A stretch of DNA of 64,000 nucleotides from Patescibacteria group bacterium (GTDB taxonomy: Bacteria; Patescibacteriota; Minisyncoccia; Phycocordibacterales; Phycocordibacteraceae): contig JAIELV010000001.1 in NCBI GenBank assembly GCA_019752595.1, positions 618,394 through 682,393 of the forward strand, written 5' to 3'. The stretch's first letter is position 1. Each line of letters opens with the position of its first letter. This document shows, in pieces, positions 26,525 to 35,376 of this stretch. A program made the position numbers and the translations under genes. The notes beneath the pieces are model-generated. The model had not been told where the DNA came from. It saw only the letters and a program-made list of their open reading frames with translations, and did no database searches.

Positions 26525-26624
26525 TTTGTGCTCCCGGAGGGATTCGCTCCTTACAGGAGCAGTACAGGTTTCGTATTCACGTCGCTTACGCTCGTTCATA
26601 TACTCAACCTTTTCGAATCCCTCC
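26525..26624 (-). ncRNA. Conserved structured RNA-like element, copy B, embedded in a duplicated tRNA-Arg 3' end / T-arm
   Basis: Positions 26525-26543 exactly repeat the 3'-terminal 19 nt of the adjacent tRNA-Arg (26655-26673 in reverse-complement sense). Outer stem GGAGGGATTCG / CGAATCCCTCC. Inner hairpin CTCC-TTACA-GGAG. The core matches copy A. Confidence 0.45.
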
Positions 26625-26625
26625 G

Positions 26626-26650
26626 CAACAAAACAGACCTTCGGTCTGAC
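26626..26650 (-). terminator. Intrinsic terminator between tRNA-Arg and element B
   Basis: Minus strand reads CAGACC-GAAG-GGTCTG followed by TTTTGTT. Confidence 0.65.
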
Positions 26651-26654
26651 TTTG

Positions 26655-26726
26655 TGCTCCCGGAGGGATTCGAACCCCCAACGACTGCTTCGAAGGCAGT
26701 TATGATATCCATTTCACCACAGGAGC
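26655..26726 (-). tRNA. tRNA-Arg (anticodon UCG), no encoded CCA
   Basis: Manual fold of 72 nt. Acceptor GCTCCTG / CGGGAGC with one G·U pair, anticodon loop CTTCGAA, T-arm GGGGG-TTCGAAT-CCCTC. Confidence 0.75.
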
Positions 26727-26764
26727 GGTATTTGTAATCCTACGCCACGAACCGATAACGTACA

Positions 26765-28237
26765 ATGCAGATAATGAAATTTGTTTTACCTGACTCGGTG
26801 CAGAAAGTAGCAGAGGCTCTAGAAACCGCTGGTTACGAGGCCTACGTCATCGGAGGGTGCGTACGGGACATTCTGTTGGGGGAGACTCCAAAAGACTGGG
26901 ATTTAACAACAAACGCAACGCCTCAAGAAATACAAGCAGTTTTTCCTGATTCTTTCTACGAAAATGATTTTGGAACGGTCGGAGTAAAAACACGTGACGA
27001 AGATGAAACACTTGCAGTCATCGAAGTAACGCCGTACCGAAAAGAAGGGAACTACTCCGACGCTAGACGGCCCGACACTGTTGAATTCGGTGTTTCGCTT
27101 GATGAGGATTTAAAACGTCGCGACTTCACCGTAAACGCAATCGCATACCGCCCGAAAACAGGGGAGTTTGTCGACCAACATGGTGGACAAGAAGACCTCA
27201 AAAAACGGCTTATTAGAGCCGTGGGAGAGCCGAAACGAAGATTTGAGGAGGATGCCTTGCGCATGATGCGGGCAATACGTCTCTCAGCAGAATTGGACTT
27301 TGCGATTGAAAGTGAAACGGCCGTTGCGATGCATGCAACCGCGGAAAACTTGGGCAAGATTTCGAAAGAAAGAATTCGAGACGAACTGATGCGCATTTTG
27401 GCGACCAAGGAACCGATGGCGGCGCTTTCAATAGCGCTCAAACTTGGACTTTTAAAATACATCGTCCCTGACTTGGAGCGGGGAATAGGAATCGACCAAA
27501 ATCAGGCACATTCCTACGACGTCTTCGAACACAACGTGCGCGCCATGCAGCACGCAGCAGACAAAGGCTGGTCAGTGGACCTTCGTCTTGCGGCGCTTTT
27601 TCATGACATCGCAAAACCTGAATCACGTCGATGGTCTGAGGAGAAAAAAGATTGGACTTTCCATGGGCACGAAGTCGTAGGATCGAGAGTGGCGAAAAAA
27701 GCCTTAGAGGAGCTTCGCTTCCCAAAAGAAACCGTGGAGAAAGTGGCCAAGCTGGTCCGCTGGCATATGTTCTTTTCAGACCCCGACCAGATAACGCTCT
27801 CTGCGGTGCGGAGAATAATAGTGAATGTCGGGGTGGAAAATATTCAGGAACTTTTGAACTTAAGAATCTGTGACCGCATAGGAACAGGGCGACCAAAAGA
27901 ACAGCCGTTTCGGCTCAGAAAATACATGGCGATGGTGGATGAGGCTATGCGCGACCCAATAAACGTTGGCATGCTCAAGGTCAATGGGAACGACCTGATG
28001 ACGGAAGTGGGGGAGAAGCCAGGACCACGGGTTGGATGGATTTTGCATGCCTTACTTGAAGAAGTCCTTGAAGACCCTCAGAAAAATACTCGTGAATATT
28101 TGCTCGAAAAATCACGCATTTTGTCCTCTATGGAAACCGCAGCGCTCAAAGACATGGGTGAGGCAGGGAAGGGTGCTCAGGAGGAGGCAGAAGAAGCGGA
28201 GCTATCGAAAATAAAGGCTAAACACAAGGTTGATTAA
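26765..28237 (+). CDS. cca: CCA-adding tRNA nucleotidyltransferase with HD domain
   Basis: 490 aa with the polymerase-beta head motif GGCVRD, a tRNA-NT body and a C-terminal HD domain. Confidence 0.88.
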   Translation: MQIMKFVLPDSVQKVAEALETAGYEAYVIGGCVRDILLGETPKDWDLTTNATPQEIQAVFPDSFYENDFGTVGVKTRDEDETLAVIEVTPYRKEGNYSDARRPDTVEFGVSLDEDLKRRDFTVNAIAYRPKTGEFVDQHGGQEDLKKRLIRAVGEPKRRFEEDALRMMRAIRLSAELDFAIESETAVAMHATAENLGKISKERIRDELMRILATKEPMAALSIALKLGLLKYIVPDLERGIGIDQNQAHSYDVFEHNVRAMQHAADKGWSVDLRLAALFHDIAKPESRRWSEEKKDWTFHGHEVVGSRVAKKALEELRFPKETVEKVAKLVRWHMFFSDPDQITLSAVRRIIVNVGVENIQELLNLRICDRIGTGRPKEQPFRLRKYMAMVDEAMRDPINVGMLKVNGNDLMTEVGEKPGPRVGWILHALLEEVLEDPQKNTREYLLEKSRILSSMETAALKDMGEAGKGAQEEAEEAELSKIKAKHKVD

Positions 28238-28438
28238 CCTGTCCTTTAGATAAATGAAAAAGCCCGTTTTAGGGAAATCCCCTAAAACGAGCTCTTTGCC
28301 GGCAGGTTCTTGTTATAACGCCGTCTTATCAATTTGAAAGTTTCGAAAACGCGTATAACTTGGCGAACGGTCTGCCAGAAGGAACTGTCCTCAATAAGAA
28401 TACATTACTAAAGGACACTCGGAATAATCGGTTGTGGA

Positions 28439-28618
28439 TTAATGTCCTTTAGAAATTTTATCTTCGACTTCAAAAATGATTCTCGACACTTTATCTAGAA
28501 CAGCTCGTGGTAGTTTGATGTGCGACTTCACCTCAAATGGTCCAGACTTGGTCAGAATGATGTATCTTCTAGCACCTTTATACGCATGCTCTATCAGCTC
28601 ACTATTTATTCGCCCCAT
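28439..28618 (-). CDS. Possible small protein (59 aa), candidate RHH-like
   Basis: Manual translation gives MGRINSELIEHAYKGARRYIILTKSGPFEVKSHIKLPRAVLDKVSRIIFEVEDKISKGH. This is weak; the region may be non-coding. Confidence 0.2.
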   Translation of the reverse strand: MGRINSELIEHAYKGARRYIILTKSGPFEVKSHIKLPRAVLDKVSRIIFEVEDKISKGH

Positions 28619-28650
28619 AGATGCTCACCTTACTCTTGGCGAGAGAAAAT

Positions 28651-29463
28651 TCAACCCTGAATTTCCAATGTCACAGGGCAATGGTCTGAACCCATAACAG
28701 AAGGGAGTATTTCTGCCTTTTGTAATTTCTTTTTTAGTTGTTGCGACGCAAAGAAATAGTCAATCCTCCAGCCAACGTTTCGTGCCCTGGAATTAGCGAA
28801 ATTTGACCACCACGAATAGTGCCCATTTCCCGTAGGGGTGAAGTGGCGGAAGGTGTCTATATAGCCCGCGGCAACCACTTTATCCAAGCCTGCCCGTTCC
28901 TCCTTCGTAAACCCATGTTCCCCCTCGTTTGCCTTAGGGTTCGCCAAATCTTGCTCCTGGTGTGCCACGTTCAAATCCCCGCAGAAAATGACTGGTTTCT
29001 TTGTTTCCAGACGTTTCACATGCTCGAGAAACGCTGGGTCCCATTTCTGATCACGAAGGGGGAGCCGACTGAGGTCGGGCTTTGAGTTCGGGGTATAGAC
29101 GTTCACCAAATAAAAGTCTGAGAATTCTGCTGTGAGCACGCGTCCTTCTGAGTTGGGGTCTCCGTATGAATCGGCAAGACCGCCGAACTTTGAAACGATG
29201 TCGTCGGGGATATCTAAAATAACCGACTTTGGTTTTTCTTTGGTAAAAATCGCCGTGCCCGAATAGCCTTTCTTCGTTGAAGAAGAATTCCAGTATTCCT
29301 CATATTGAGGGAGATCTATTACTGCCTGCCCTCGTTCAGCCTTGGTTTCCTGGAGGCATAAAATATCGGGGTCATATTCTTTCACGAAAGGGAGGAAGAG
29401 GTTTTTGTTGTTCACTGCACGGATTCCGTTGACATTCCAAGAGATTATTTTCATATTTGACAA
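28651..29463 (-). CDS. xth: Exodeoxyribonuclease III (AP endonuclease)
   Basis: 270 aa with motifs WNVNG, LCLQETK and GSDHCPV. Confidence 0.92.
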   Translation of the reverse strand: MSNMKIISWNVNGIRAVNNKNLFLPFVKEYDPDILCLQETKAERGQAVIDLPQYEEYWNSSSTKKGYSGTAIFTKEKPKSVILDIPDDIVSKFGGLADSYGDPNSEGRVLTAEFSDFYLVNVYTPNSKPDLSRLPLRDQKWDPAFLEHVKRLETKKPVIFCGDLNVAHQEQDLANPKANEGEHGFTKEERAGLDKVVAAGYIDTFRHFTPTGNGHYSWWSNFANSRARNVGWRIDYFFASQQLKKKLQKAEILPSVMGSDHCPVTLEIQG

Positions 29464-29495
29464 AGTTCTATATAGAGGTTATAATGATTGTATCA

Positions 29496-29767
29496 TGAGT
29501 GAACATAGATTTTTCTGGGCAGATGCTCAAAGACTTGGCGCGGAAGCGGATGCTCGAGAGAGCGTACGTCGTGACGGGCGAGCTGTGTGGACGGGGATGG
29601 GGATAGGTGCTCTCGCAGGAGCGTTTGTTGACACTATTGCCGCAGCAACTGGACGTGATACGTACCCAATAGGAATTACCCTCGGCGCTACAGCGGGGGC
29701 ACTGACTCCTGGAGCGTACTCTCGCGTTAAAACTTTCGTCCGCGGACGCTCTTCCAGAGCCGACTAG
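29496..29767 (+). CDS. Small glycine-zipper membrane protein (hypothetical)
   Basis: About 90 aa from the ATG at 29496, with GxxxG-rich helices. Confidence 0.3.
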
Positions 29768-30480
29768 TCTCTCCAGAGAAGCTCAAAAATTGAGCGCATC
29801 ATCTGACTGAGTTCTTTATTTTCTATAACGACAACTGAAACATCGTCGCCAAGGGTAACCATGGCGATTTTTTGTTTCCAAATATACATGAGGGGCGAGA
29901 ACGGGAGAGGAGGCTCCACAAGCTTGCTTTGACGCAAATCTTCTGCGTCCCGAATTTGCCTTTCGCGAGCCTTCGGGGAATCACGAAAAATCCCCCTCAG
30001 AAAAATTCCTTTTTCTTTGCGTTTCTTTGTGAAGCGCGGGAAAAACTCTGGGAGATCTTTGAACAATTCTTCTGGAGAACCGATGGCAAACAACTCGTCT
30101 GCTTCTTCCAAAATATCGCCAGACACCCGAGCAAAACCGTCTTTGCCTTTGTGCATCTCTACTTTGGTCGAGCCGTCGCCTTTTTCGTAAAGCGCAAGGA
30201 GTGACGGCAAGACTCGTTCAATTGCATTTTTTCTTTCGAGAGCTAGCTCACGTAATACAGTGGGGTCATTTACTGAAAAATGCTTCCGCCCGCGTTTCTT
30301 ATATATATTTACGAGTCCTTTCTGAGACAGGCCTCGCAAGGCATCGTAGGCGGTTGATTTCGGAAGTCCTGATTTTTCTCCAACTTCTACACCGGAGGCA
30401 GACTTTAACTTTAAAAGCGCCACGAATACTGCAGATTCGTTTTGCGTAAGGCCAAATGTTTTCAATGCTTGAACTTGCAT
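29764..30480 (-). CDS. TrmB-family transcriptional regulator (paralog 3)
   Basis: 238 aa with an N-terminal wHTH and a C-terminal TrmB-like domain. It is diverged from paralogs 1 and 2. Confidence 0.7.
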   Translation of the reverse strand: MQVQALKTFGLTQNESAVFVALLKLKSASGVEVGEKSGLPKSTAYDALRGLSQKGLVNIYKKRGRKHFSVNDPTVLRELALERKNAIERVLPSLLALYEKGDGSTKVEMHKGKDGFARVSGDILEEADELFAIGSPEELFKDLPEFFPRFTKKRKEKGIFLRGIFRDSPKARERQIRDAEDLRQSKLVEPPLPFSPLMYIWKQKIAMVTLGDDVSVVVIENKELSQMMRSIFELLWRD

Positions 30481-30591
30481 TTTTGACGGCGAATCCGTCG
30501 CCTTTGAATAGGATAAATATACTTTATTTAAGCCAAATAATCAATATTCAATATAATAATGACGGAAATTGTGTACTTTCTATAGTTTTGG

Positions 30592-31449
30592 TTGCAGAAT
30601 ACGACGCGTATGACTAGGATAGAAAAAGGTGTCCGCGGGAAATGGTCGCGATTGCGTAGCGGTTTAAGTCGCGAGGGGTGGAAAAAGAGGGTATTGAGAA
30701 GTATCGCAGAAAAAACCGTCAACACCGCTACGTATGAAAGCATCCCCTTGTGTGACCTCGTGGGCCAAAAACCTCTAGATGAGTACAACTTCATGCGACG
30801 CCTGAAAGAGGCGGGGTACCGCGACGCTGACCTAGCAAGCCCCTCAGACTGCGAGCAGGTATTCAACGCGGATAATCATTACAGAAGCGCGGAACTGCAG
30901 TTGCAGTTTTACGACGGCCGACGCCACCTATTCGTGAATACAAATCGTGGGGCAGGGAAACACGCAATGATTCATTCTGATGTGGACGGGATTTACCGAG
31001 GGGATATCCCGTATAAAAATCTAGGTAAGCATGTAACCAGAAGAGACCGATTGGTCATTCGTCCCCATGTGCGACGCGTAACACCGGAAGCAATCCGCAC
31101 ACTGCGAGAAACCATGCAAGGAAAAGTCCATAGAGGGGATGGCACGTACGACATGGAGACAAAAAGAATCAATTTGTTTAACAGTATTGCCAGCTACGTA
31201 CGACCTCTTATTGATGAATTTTCTACTGAAAACTGGACGAAGCATGAGCAAGCTTTGAGTGCGCTCATCGTGGGGCCCGAGGGCGAAAATATAAAAAAAT
31301 GGCAGGAACTTTTTAATGGCCTCTTAGTTGCTCGCACGGACGATGAATTAAATGTCATTTCAGAAACATTCAAAGCGATGCAACCTGAACTCAAAATGAT
31401 TGGCCAAAAAAGGAGAGAGTGGGATTCGGCGACGTACGAAGGAGACTAA
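30592..31449 (+). CDS. Hypothetical protein
   Basis: 285 aa with no recognised domain. It is convergent with the xerC-like gene and overlaps its 3' end by 4 nt. Confidence 0.45.
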   Translation: MQNTTRMTRIEKGVRGKWSRLRSGLSREGWKKRVLRSIAEKTVNTATYESIPLCDLVGQKPLDEYNFMRRLKEAGYRDADLASPSDCEQVFNADNHYRSAELQLQFYDGRRHLFVNTNRGAGKHAMIHSDVDGIYRGDIPYKNLGKHVTRRDRLVIRPHVRRVTPEAIRTLRETMQGKVHRGDGTYDMETKRINLFNSIASYVRPLIDEFSTENWTKHEQALSALIVGPEGENIKKWQELFNGLLVARTDDELNVISETFKAMQPELKMIGQKRREWDSATYEGD

Positions 31450-32408
31450 GTACGACGACGTTTGCCGTGGAACGTGTGATGAATGTCACGCAAATGTTTG
31501 TCGGTAACGTGTGTATAGATTTGTGTCGTTTGAATATTTGCATGGCCAAGGAGCGCCTGAACGGAGCGTAAATCAGCTCCGTTTTCTAATAGGTCAGTTG
31601 CAAACACGTGTCGCAACACGTGCGGCGTGACCTTTGAAGTAATACCCGCGCGCGCGGCGTAGGCTTTGAGCTTCAATTGCACGTCGCGCGGGCCGATGCG
31701 ATGTAGTTTTTTTGCAGAACGACCTTCAACAAACAACGCCTCTTCCATATCGTTCCGCGCTTTCAAATATTCCCGCACAGCCTTCTTTGCCCGCTCGGAA
31801 AGGAAAACCACGCGTACCTTTTCCCCCTTACCTCTTACGGAAAGCTCATCGCGTGTAAGGTCGATGTCGCTATTTAATGCGCACAGCTCGGAAACGCGCA
31901 GACCCGTTGAGAAAAGGAGTTCCAGCATCGCCCTGTCACGGAGTAGTTTCCGCTGTTTGTCGGGGTCAGATTCTTTTTTCAACGCTTCGCTCGGCGCACT
32001 CATTAGACGTTCAAGCTCAGCAACCGTAATAAGGTCGAGCGAGCGCTCGGCGACCTTCGCAAGTTCTATCTTTTCAGGTTGCAGCGTCTTGATGTCGCGT
32101 TTCGCCATGTATTTAAGGAACGCGCGCAGAGCGATGAGGTAAAAATTCTGCGTTTTCCTCTTCAGAGTGCCGTTGCCAGCGGGCCCGCCTGCCGGACGGG
32201 CAGGTTGACGATTGAGCCACAGACGAAATTCGCGAATGAGGGCGTCAGTAATGCCTGCGGGGGAGTCCGTTTTTGCAAATTGAAGAAATCGGGTAAGGTA
32301 GTGGTCGTAATTTTCGACCGTTTTTATGCTCCGACCCTTCGTTATTTCTATATATTCTAGAAATTCACGCTTCAGTTCAGCCAAAGATGCCATCCAGCCA
32401 GTATACAT
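31446..32408 (-). CDS. xerC: Tyrosine site-specific recombinase XerC/XerD
   Basis: 320 aa with an N-terminal SAM-like core-binding domain. The catalytic R...HxxR...Y context is HVLRHVFATDLL...IYTHV. Confidence 0.88.
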   Translation of the reverse strand: MYTGWMASLAELKREFLEYIEITKGRSIKTVENYDHYLTRFLQFAKTDSPAGITDALIREFRLWLNRQPARPAGGPAGNGTLKRKTQNFYLIALRAFLKYMAKRDIKTLQPEKIELAKVAERSLDLITVAELERLMSAPSEALKKESDPDKQRKLLRDRAMLELLFSTGLRVSELCALNSDIDLTRDELSVRGKGEKVRVVFLSERAKKAVREYLKARNDMEEALFVEGRSAKKLHRIGPRDVQLKLKAYAARAGITSKVTPHVLRHVFATDLLENGADLRSVQALLGHANIQTTQIYTHVTDKHLRDIHHTFHGKRRRT

Positions 32409-32439
32409 CTACTTCGCACAATAATTCCTGCCTAGAAAA

Positions 32440-32462
32440 TGTGCTATACTAAGTATTGAACA
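32440..32462. promoter_or_regulatory. Palindrome copy 2 (TGTGCTATACTAAGTATTGAACA), one degenerate half-site
   Basis: Lies 32 nt upstream of the xerC ATG on the minus strand. rpsO is divergent. Confidence 0.4.
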
Positions 32463-32488
32463 TAGTACGCTGCAGAGACTGGAAAGTG

Positions 32489-32516
32489 TTGCAAATAAAG
32501 GTTTTTCTGATATAGT
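32489..32516 (+). promoter_or_regulatory. rpsO promoter TTGCAA-N16-TATAGT
   Basis: The -10 box ends 6 nt before the ATG. Confidence 0.5.
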
Positions 32517-32522
32517 GAGCAA

Positions 32523-32789
32523 ATGCTTACTAAAACGCAGAAAACACGGACGATGAAGGCCGTACAGAAGCACGACTCAGATACGGGCTCGGCATCAGTA
32601 CAAGTAGCCCTTTTGACGAAGCAAATTGGCGAATTGACCACCCATTTGAGAAAGCACACCAAGGATAAACACTCCCGCCGTGGCCTTTTGCAGATGGTTG
32701 CAAACCGCCGTTCACATTTGAAATATCTCGAAAAGTCCGACAAGAAGGAATACAACAAGGTCATCAAGTCTTTGGGCCTCAAAAAATAG
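32523..32789 (+). CDS. rpsO: 30S ribosomal protein S15
   Basis: 88 aa with the conserved S15 helices and LLQMVANRRSHLKYL. Confidence 0.93.
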   Translation: MLTKTQKTRTMKAVQKHDSDTGSASVQVALLTKQIGELTTHLRKHTKDKHSRRGLLQMVANRRSHLKYLEKSDKKEYNKVIKSLGLKK

Positions 32790-33343
32790 GGAGTTCCTTT
32801 CTGTTTGTCTTTATTTAAGACTGTGGTCCAGCCTCCTTTCTGCTATTGCTAACTGCATACCCGTTCCACATACTGTGAGTAGTTATACATAACCCTTCAC
32901 ACTTCATGTCTCGACGCGAAGACTTGAGAAGAGATGTTCAGGTTGTTTCAGTTCTGACCGGAGCAACTTTAGAAAATGTTGAGGCTATGCATTGGCGCAC
33001 TGTTGACGCAGTCTTGGCTCGGACAGTTGGGCAAAAAACCGACGGGGCGTCGTGGGGTGCACGACACCCAGGCTCGCAACCTGTTACTTCCTTTACAGAG
33101 CAAGCGAGGCCCGTAAGCACGCGGAAGATAAAGCGTGAAAACGAAGAAGAAGCTGAAGCTGCCCTCGCGCGCTTGAGTGCTCGTGAACCAGGATCTCGTG
33201 ATTGGGCACGCAGTGTTGGGGCGCCTTTCCAAGGCGAGGCAGGGATTGCTCGGTCTGAAGATTAATCGCGCAAAAAGCGAACAGGCGGTCGGGGTATACT
33301 GGAAACAGTTCTTTTAATAGTGGATTGAAATTTTTAATACAGT

Positions 33344-33979
33344 TTGCCGTCTTTATATAGGCGAGCGGACAAAAAATATTTTATGGCAGTAGTAAAACAC
33401 AGCGCCCAGCGTGTGGCGGTATTCATCGACACGCAAAATTTATATCACAGCGCTAAAAACCTGTACCGTGCGCGCGTTAATTTTGCAGGCGTTTTGAAGG
33501 AATCGGTTGCAGGCAGAATCCTCATTCGTGCGATGGCGTACGTTGTCACTACGGAATCAGGAGATGAGAAAGCATTTTTTGATGCACTGACGAAGATCGG
33601 CATTGAAACAAAAACAAAAGACCTCCAGATTTTCTATGGTGGCGCAAAGAAAGCCGACTGGGACGTTGGTATGGCGGTTGATGCGGTAAAGCTTGCACCA
33701 CGCTTGGATGCAGTCATTCTTGCGACAGGTGACGGCGATTTCGTTCCTTTGGTTGAATACCTCAAAAACAGCCACGGCATTCAGGTTGAAGTCATTGCCT
33801 TCGGAAAATCCGCATCGCAAAAACTGAAAGAAGTTGCCGATGATTTTATTGATATGTCGATTGATCCAAAGAAATTCCTTATTGGTAAGAACTTCTTTTC
33901 AGCTGCTGCTGAAGCAATAGGCGGAGAAAAGGATGAGCCTGAGATTGAAGGCGAGCCGAAAGTGGTCGGAGCGGACTAG
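33344..33979 (+). CDS. NYN-domain (LabA-like, PIN-fold) protein
   Basis: Core VAVFIDTQNLY...DWDVGMAVDAV...ILATGDGDFVPLV. The probable start is MAVVKH at 33383. Confidence 0.7.
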   Translation: MPSLYRRADKKYFMAVVKHSAQRVAVFIDTQNLYHSAKNLYRARVNFAGVLKESVAGRILIRAMAYVVTTESGDEKAFFDALTKIGIETKTKDLQIFYGGAKKADWDVGMAVDAVKLAPRLDAVILATGDGDFVPLVEYLKNSHGIQVEVIAFGKSASQKLKEVADDFIDMSIDPKKFLIGKNFFSAAAEAIGGEKDEPEIEGEPKVVGAD

Positions 33980-34740
33980 GGAGAAATAGATTGTTTCCAA
34001 AGGTACTCAAAAATACTTCGCTGTGTAGTGGTGATTGTGTCGCTTTCCAAAATTGAAACGAATATATTTTCACCAAGCACAAATTGATACAGCCGATTAC
34101 CTGCAATTGCCTGGTCGGCGTTGGTAACGATGAGACCTGCGGGCAAGAAGCGCGCTTCTGTTGAGGTAATTTTCTTTTCGGAAAGGGAAGCGATGTACTT
34201 TTCTCCCGCATTATTTTTTTGAATAAGTTCACGCGCAACGGGACGATTCAACGAGTGTATCGCTTGTACGTACTCCATAAGCACTTTTGGAAACTCACGC
34301 TCAACTGATTCGATATCCGACATCCAGAGCACTTCTTTTTTATCGCGCACTGCTTCTAGTATCTCGTCGTACGTTCGCTTCACACCCTCGATACCTTCAT
34401 ACAGCTGCGCGCGCGGTTTCTTTGTCTGCCCGTAATGCAGAGCAATCAGTTCAGGCATCAACTCTTCTACCTGACTCCTATTAAGCTCGGCAACTTGTAG
34501 CACTCTCCGCGGATGTACAGCCGTATATGCCTTTCTTTTTCCTTTTGATACCTCGGAAAGAAAGCCGCGAAGTACTAACCCCTGAGTCAAATTGTGCGTA
34601 ATGGTCCATTTCAGCCTAGCCTCACGGTTTATGTCGCTAAGAGTGCTTTCGCCCAAGCGAAGCGCTGCAAGATAAATCGCCGCCTCCTTCTGAGAGAGCC
34701 CGATTGCCCTAAGTGCGAGAGGGAGTCGTTCCTCTTTCAT
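33976..34740 (-). CDS. TrmB-family transcriptional regulator (paralog 4)
   Basis: 254 aa with an N-terminal wHTH (LGESTLSDINREARLKWTITHNLTQGLVLRGFL) and a TrmB-type C-domain. Confidence 0.7.
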   Translation of the reverse strand: MKEERLPLALRAIGLSQKEAAIYLAALRLGESTLSDINREARLKWTITHNLTQGLVLRGFLSEVSKGKRKAYTAVHPRRVLQVAELNRSQVEELMPELIALHYGQTKKPRAQLYEGIEGVKRTYDEILEAVRDKKEVLWMSDIESVEREFPKVLMEYVQAIHSLNRPVARELIQKNNAGEKYIASLSEKKITSTEARFLPAGLIVTNADQAIAGNRLYQFVLGENIFVSILESDTITTTQRSIFEYLWKQSISP

Positions 34741-34890
34741 GCCTATAATTTATCATAAAAAATGATACTTATGGGCAAAGATTCAAAATGTGTTTATAAA
34801 TATAGGTTTTCTGAAGTAAAAAATATCCTTTTGTGTGAAAATATTTGACTTACGCGTACAATTACTGCATAGAAGATAACAAAAATAACT

Positions 34891-35043
34891 ATGTCTAAAT
34901 CAAAAGAGGGAGCGAAAGTGACACCAAGAGAGCAAAAGCCGAAGAAAGTCTCAGAACCAGTCGTATATAGGGACTCAATGATGTACGACACCCCATGGAA
35001 AAGAAACTTTCATGGCGAAGTAGTTGGATTTTGGCGAGATTAG
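34891..35043 (+). CDS. Candidate small ORF (50 aa)
   Basis: MSKSKEGAKVTPREQKPKKVSEPVVYRDSMMYDTPWKRNFHGEVVGFWRD. No clear Shine-Dalgarno. Confidence 0.2.
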   Translation: MSKSKEGAKVTPREQKPKKVSEPVVYRDSMMYDTPWKRNFHGEVVGFWRD

Positions 35044-35069
35044 TAATTAACACATAAACAAAAAACACT

Positions 35070-35237
35070 ATGTCAGAAAAAATCAACGCGAGCGGCTGGC
35101 CAAAACCAACATGGAAACGCGAATACACCCTTCCGATTCGAGACGGAATACAAACCACCGTAATAATCCTCAACAATGCGAGTCGAGACGCGAAGGCTAA
35201 AATTCTTAAGCGAGTACGCTCCGAAACCAGAAAGTGA
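35070..35237 (+). CDS. Candidate small ORF (55 aa), immediately followed by a strong terminator
   Basis: MSEKINASGWPKPTWKREYTLPIRDGIQTTVIILNNASRDAKAKILKRVRSETRK. The terminator starts 7 nt after its stop. Confidence 0.3.
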   Translation: MSEKINASGWPKPTWKREYTLPIRDGIQTTVIILNNASRDAKAKILKRVRSETRK

Positions 35238-35243
35238 CGAACC

Positions 35244-35275
35244 AAAACCGCGCCTTTAAAAAAGGCGCGGTTTTG
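35244..35275. terminator. Bidirectional intrinsic terminator
   Basis: ccgcgcc-tttaaaaaa-ggcgcgg followed by tttt. Confidence 0.8.
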
Positions 35276-35376
35276 CTATAGTGGCTCTATTAGTAAACGC
35301 GAGGTTAGCAGATACAGAGGAGGGAAGATCCCGCCCTGAATTCTGAGAATCTCGCATTAATAGAGAGAGATTCATA

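Noticed and set aside
32790-33343. RNase P RNA in the GC-rich spacer
   Set aside because: The universally conserved P4 strands (GGAAAGUCCGG and ACAGAANCCGGCUUA) were not found on either strand.
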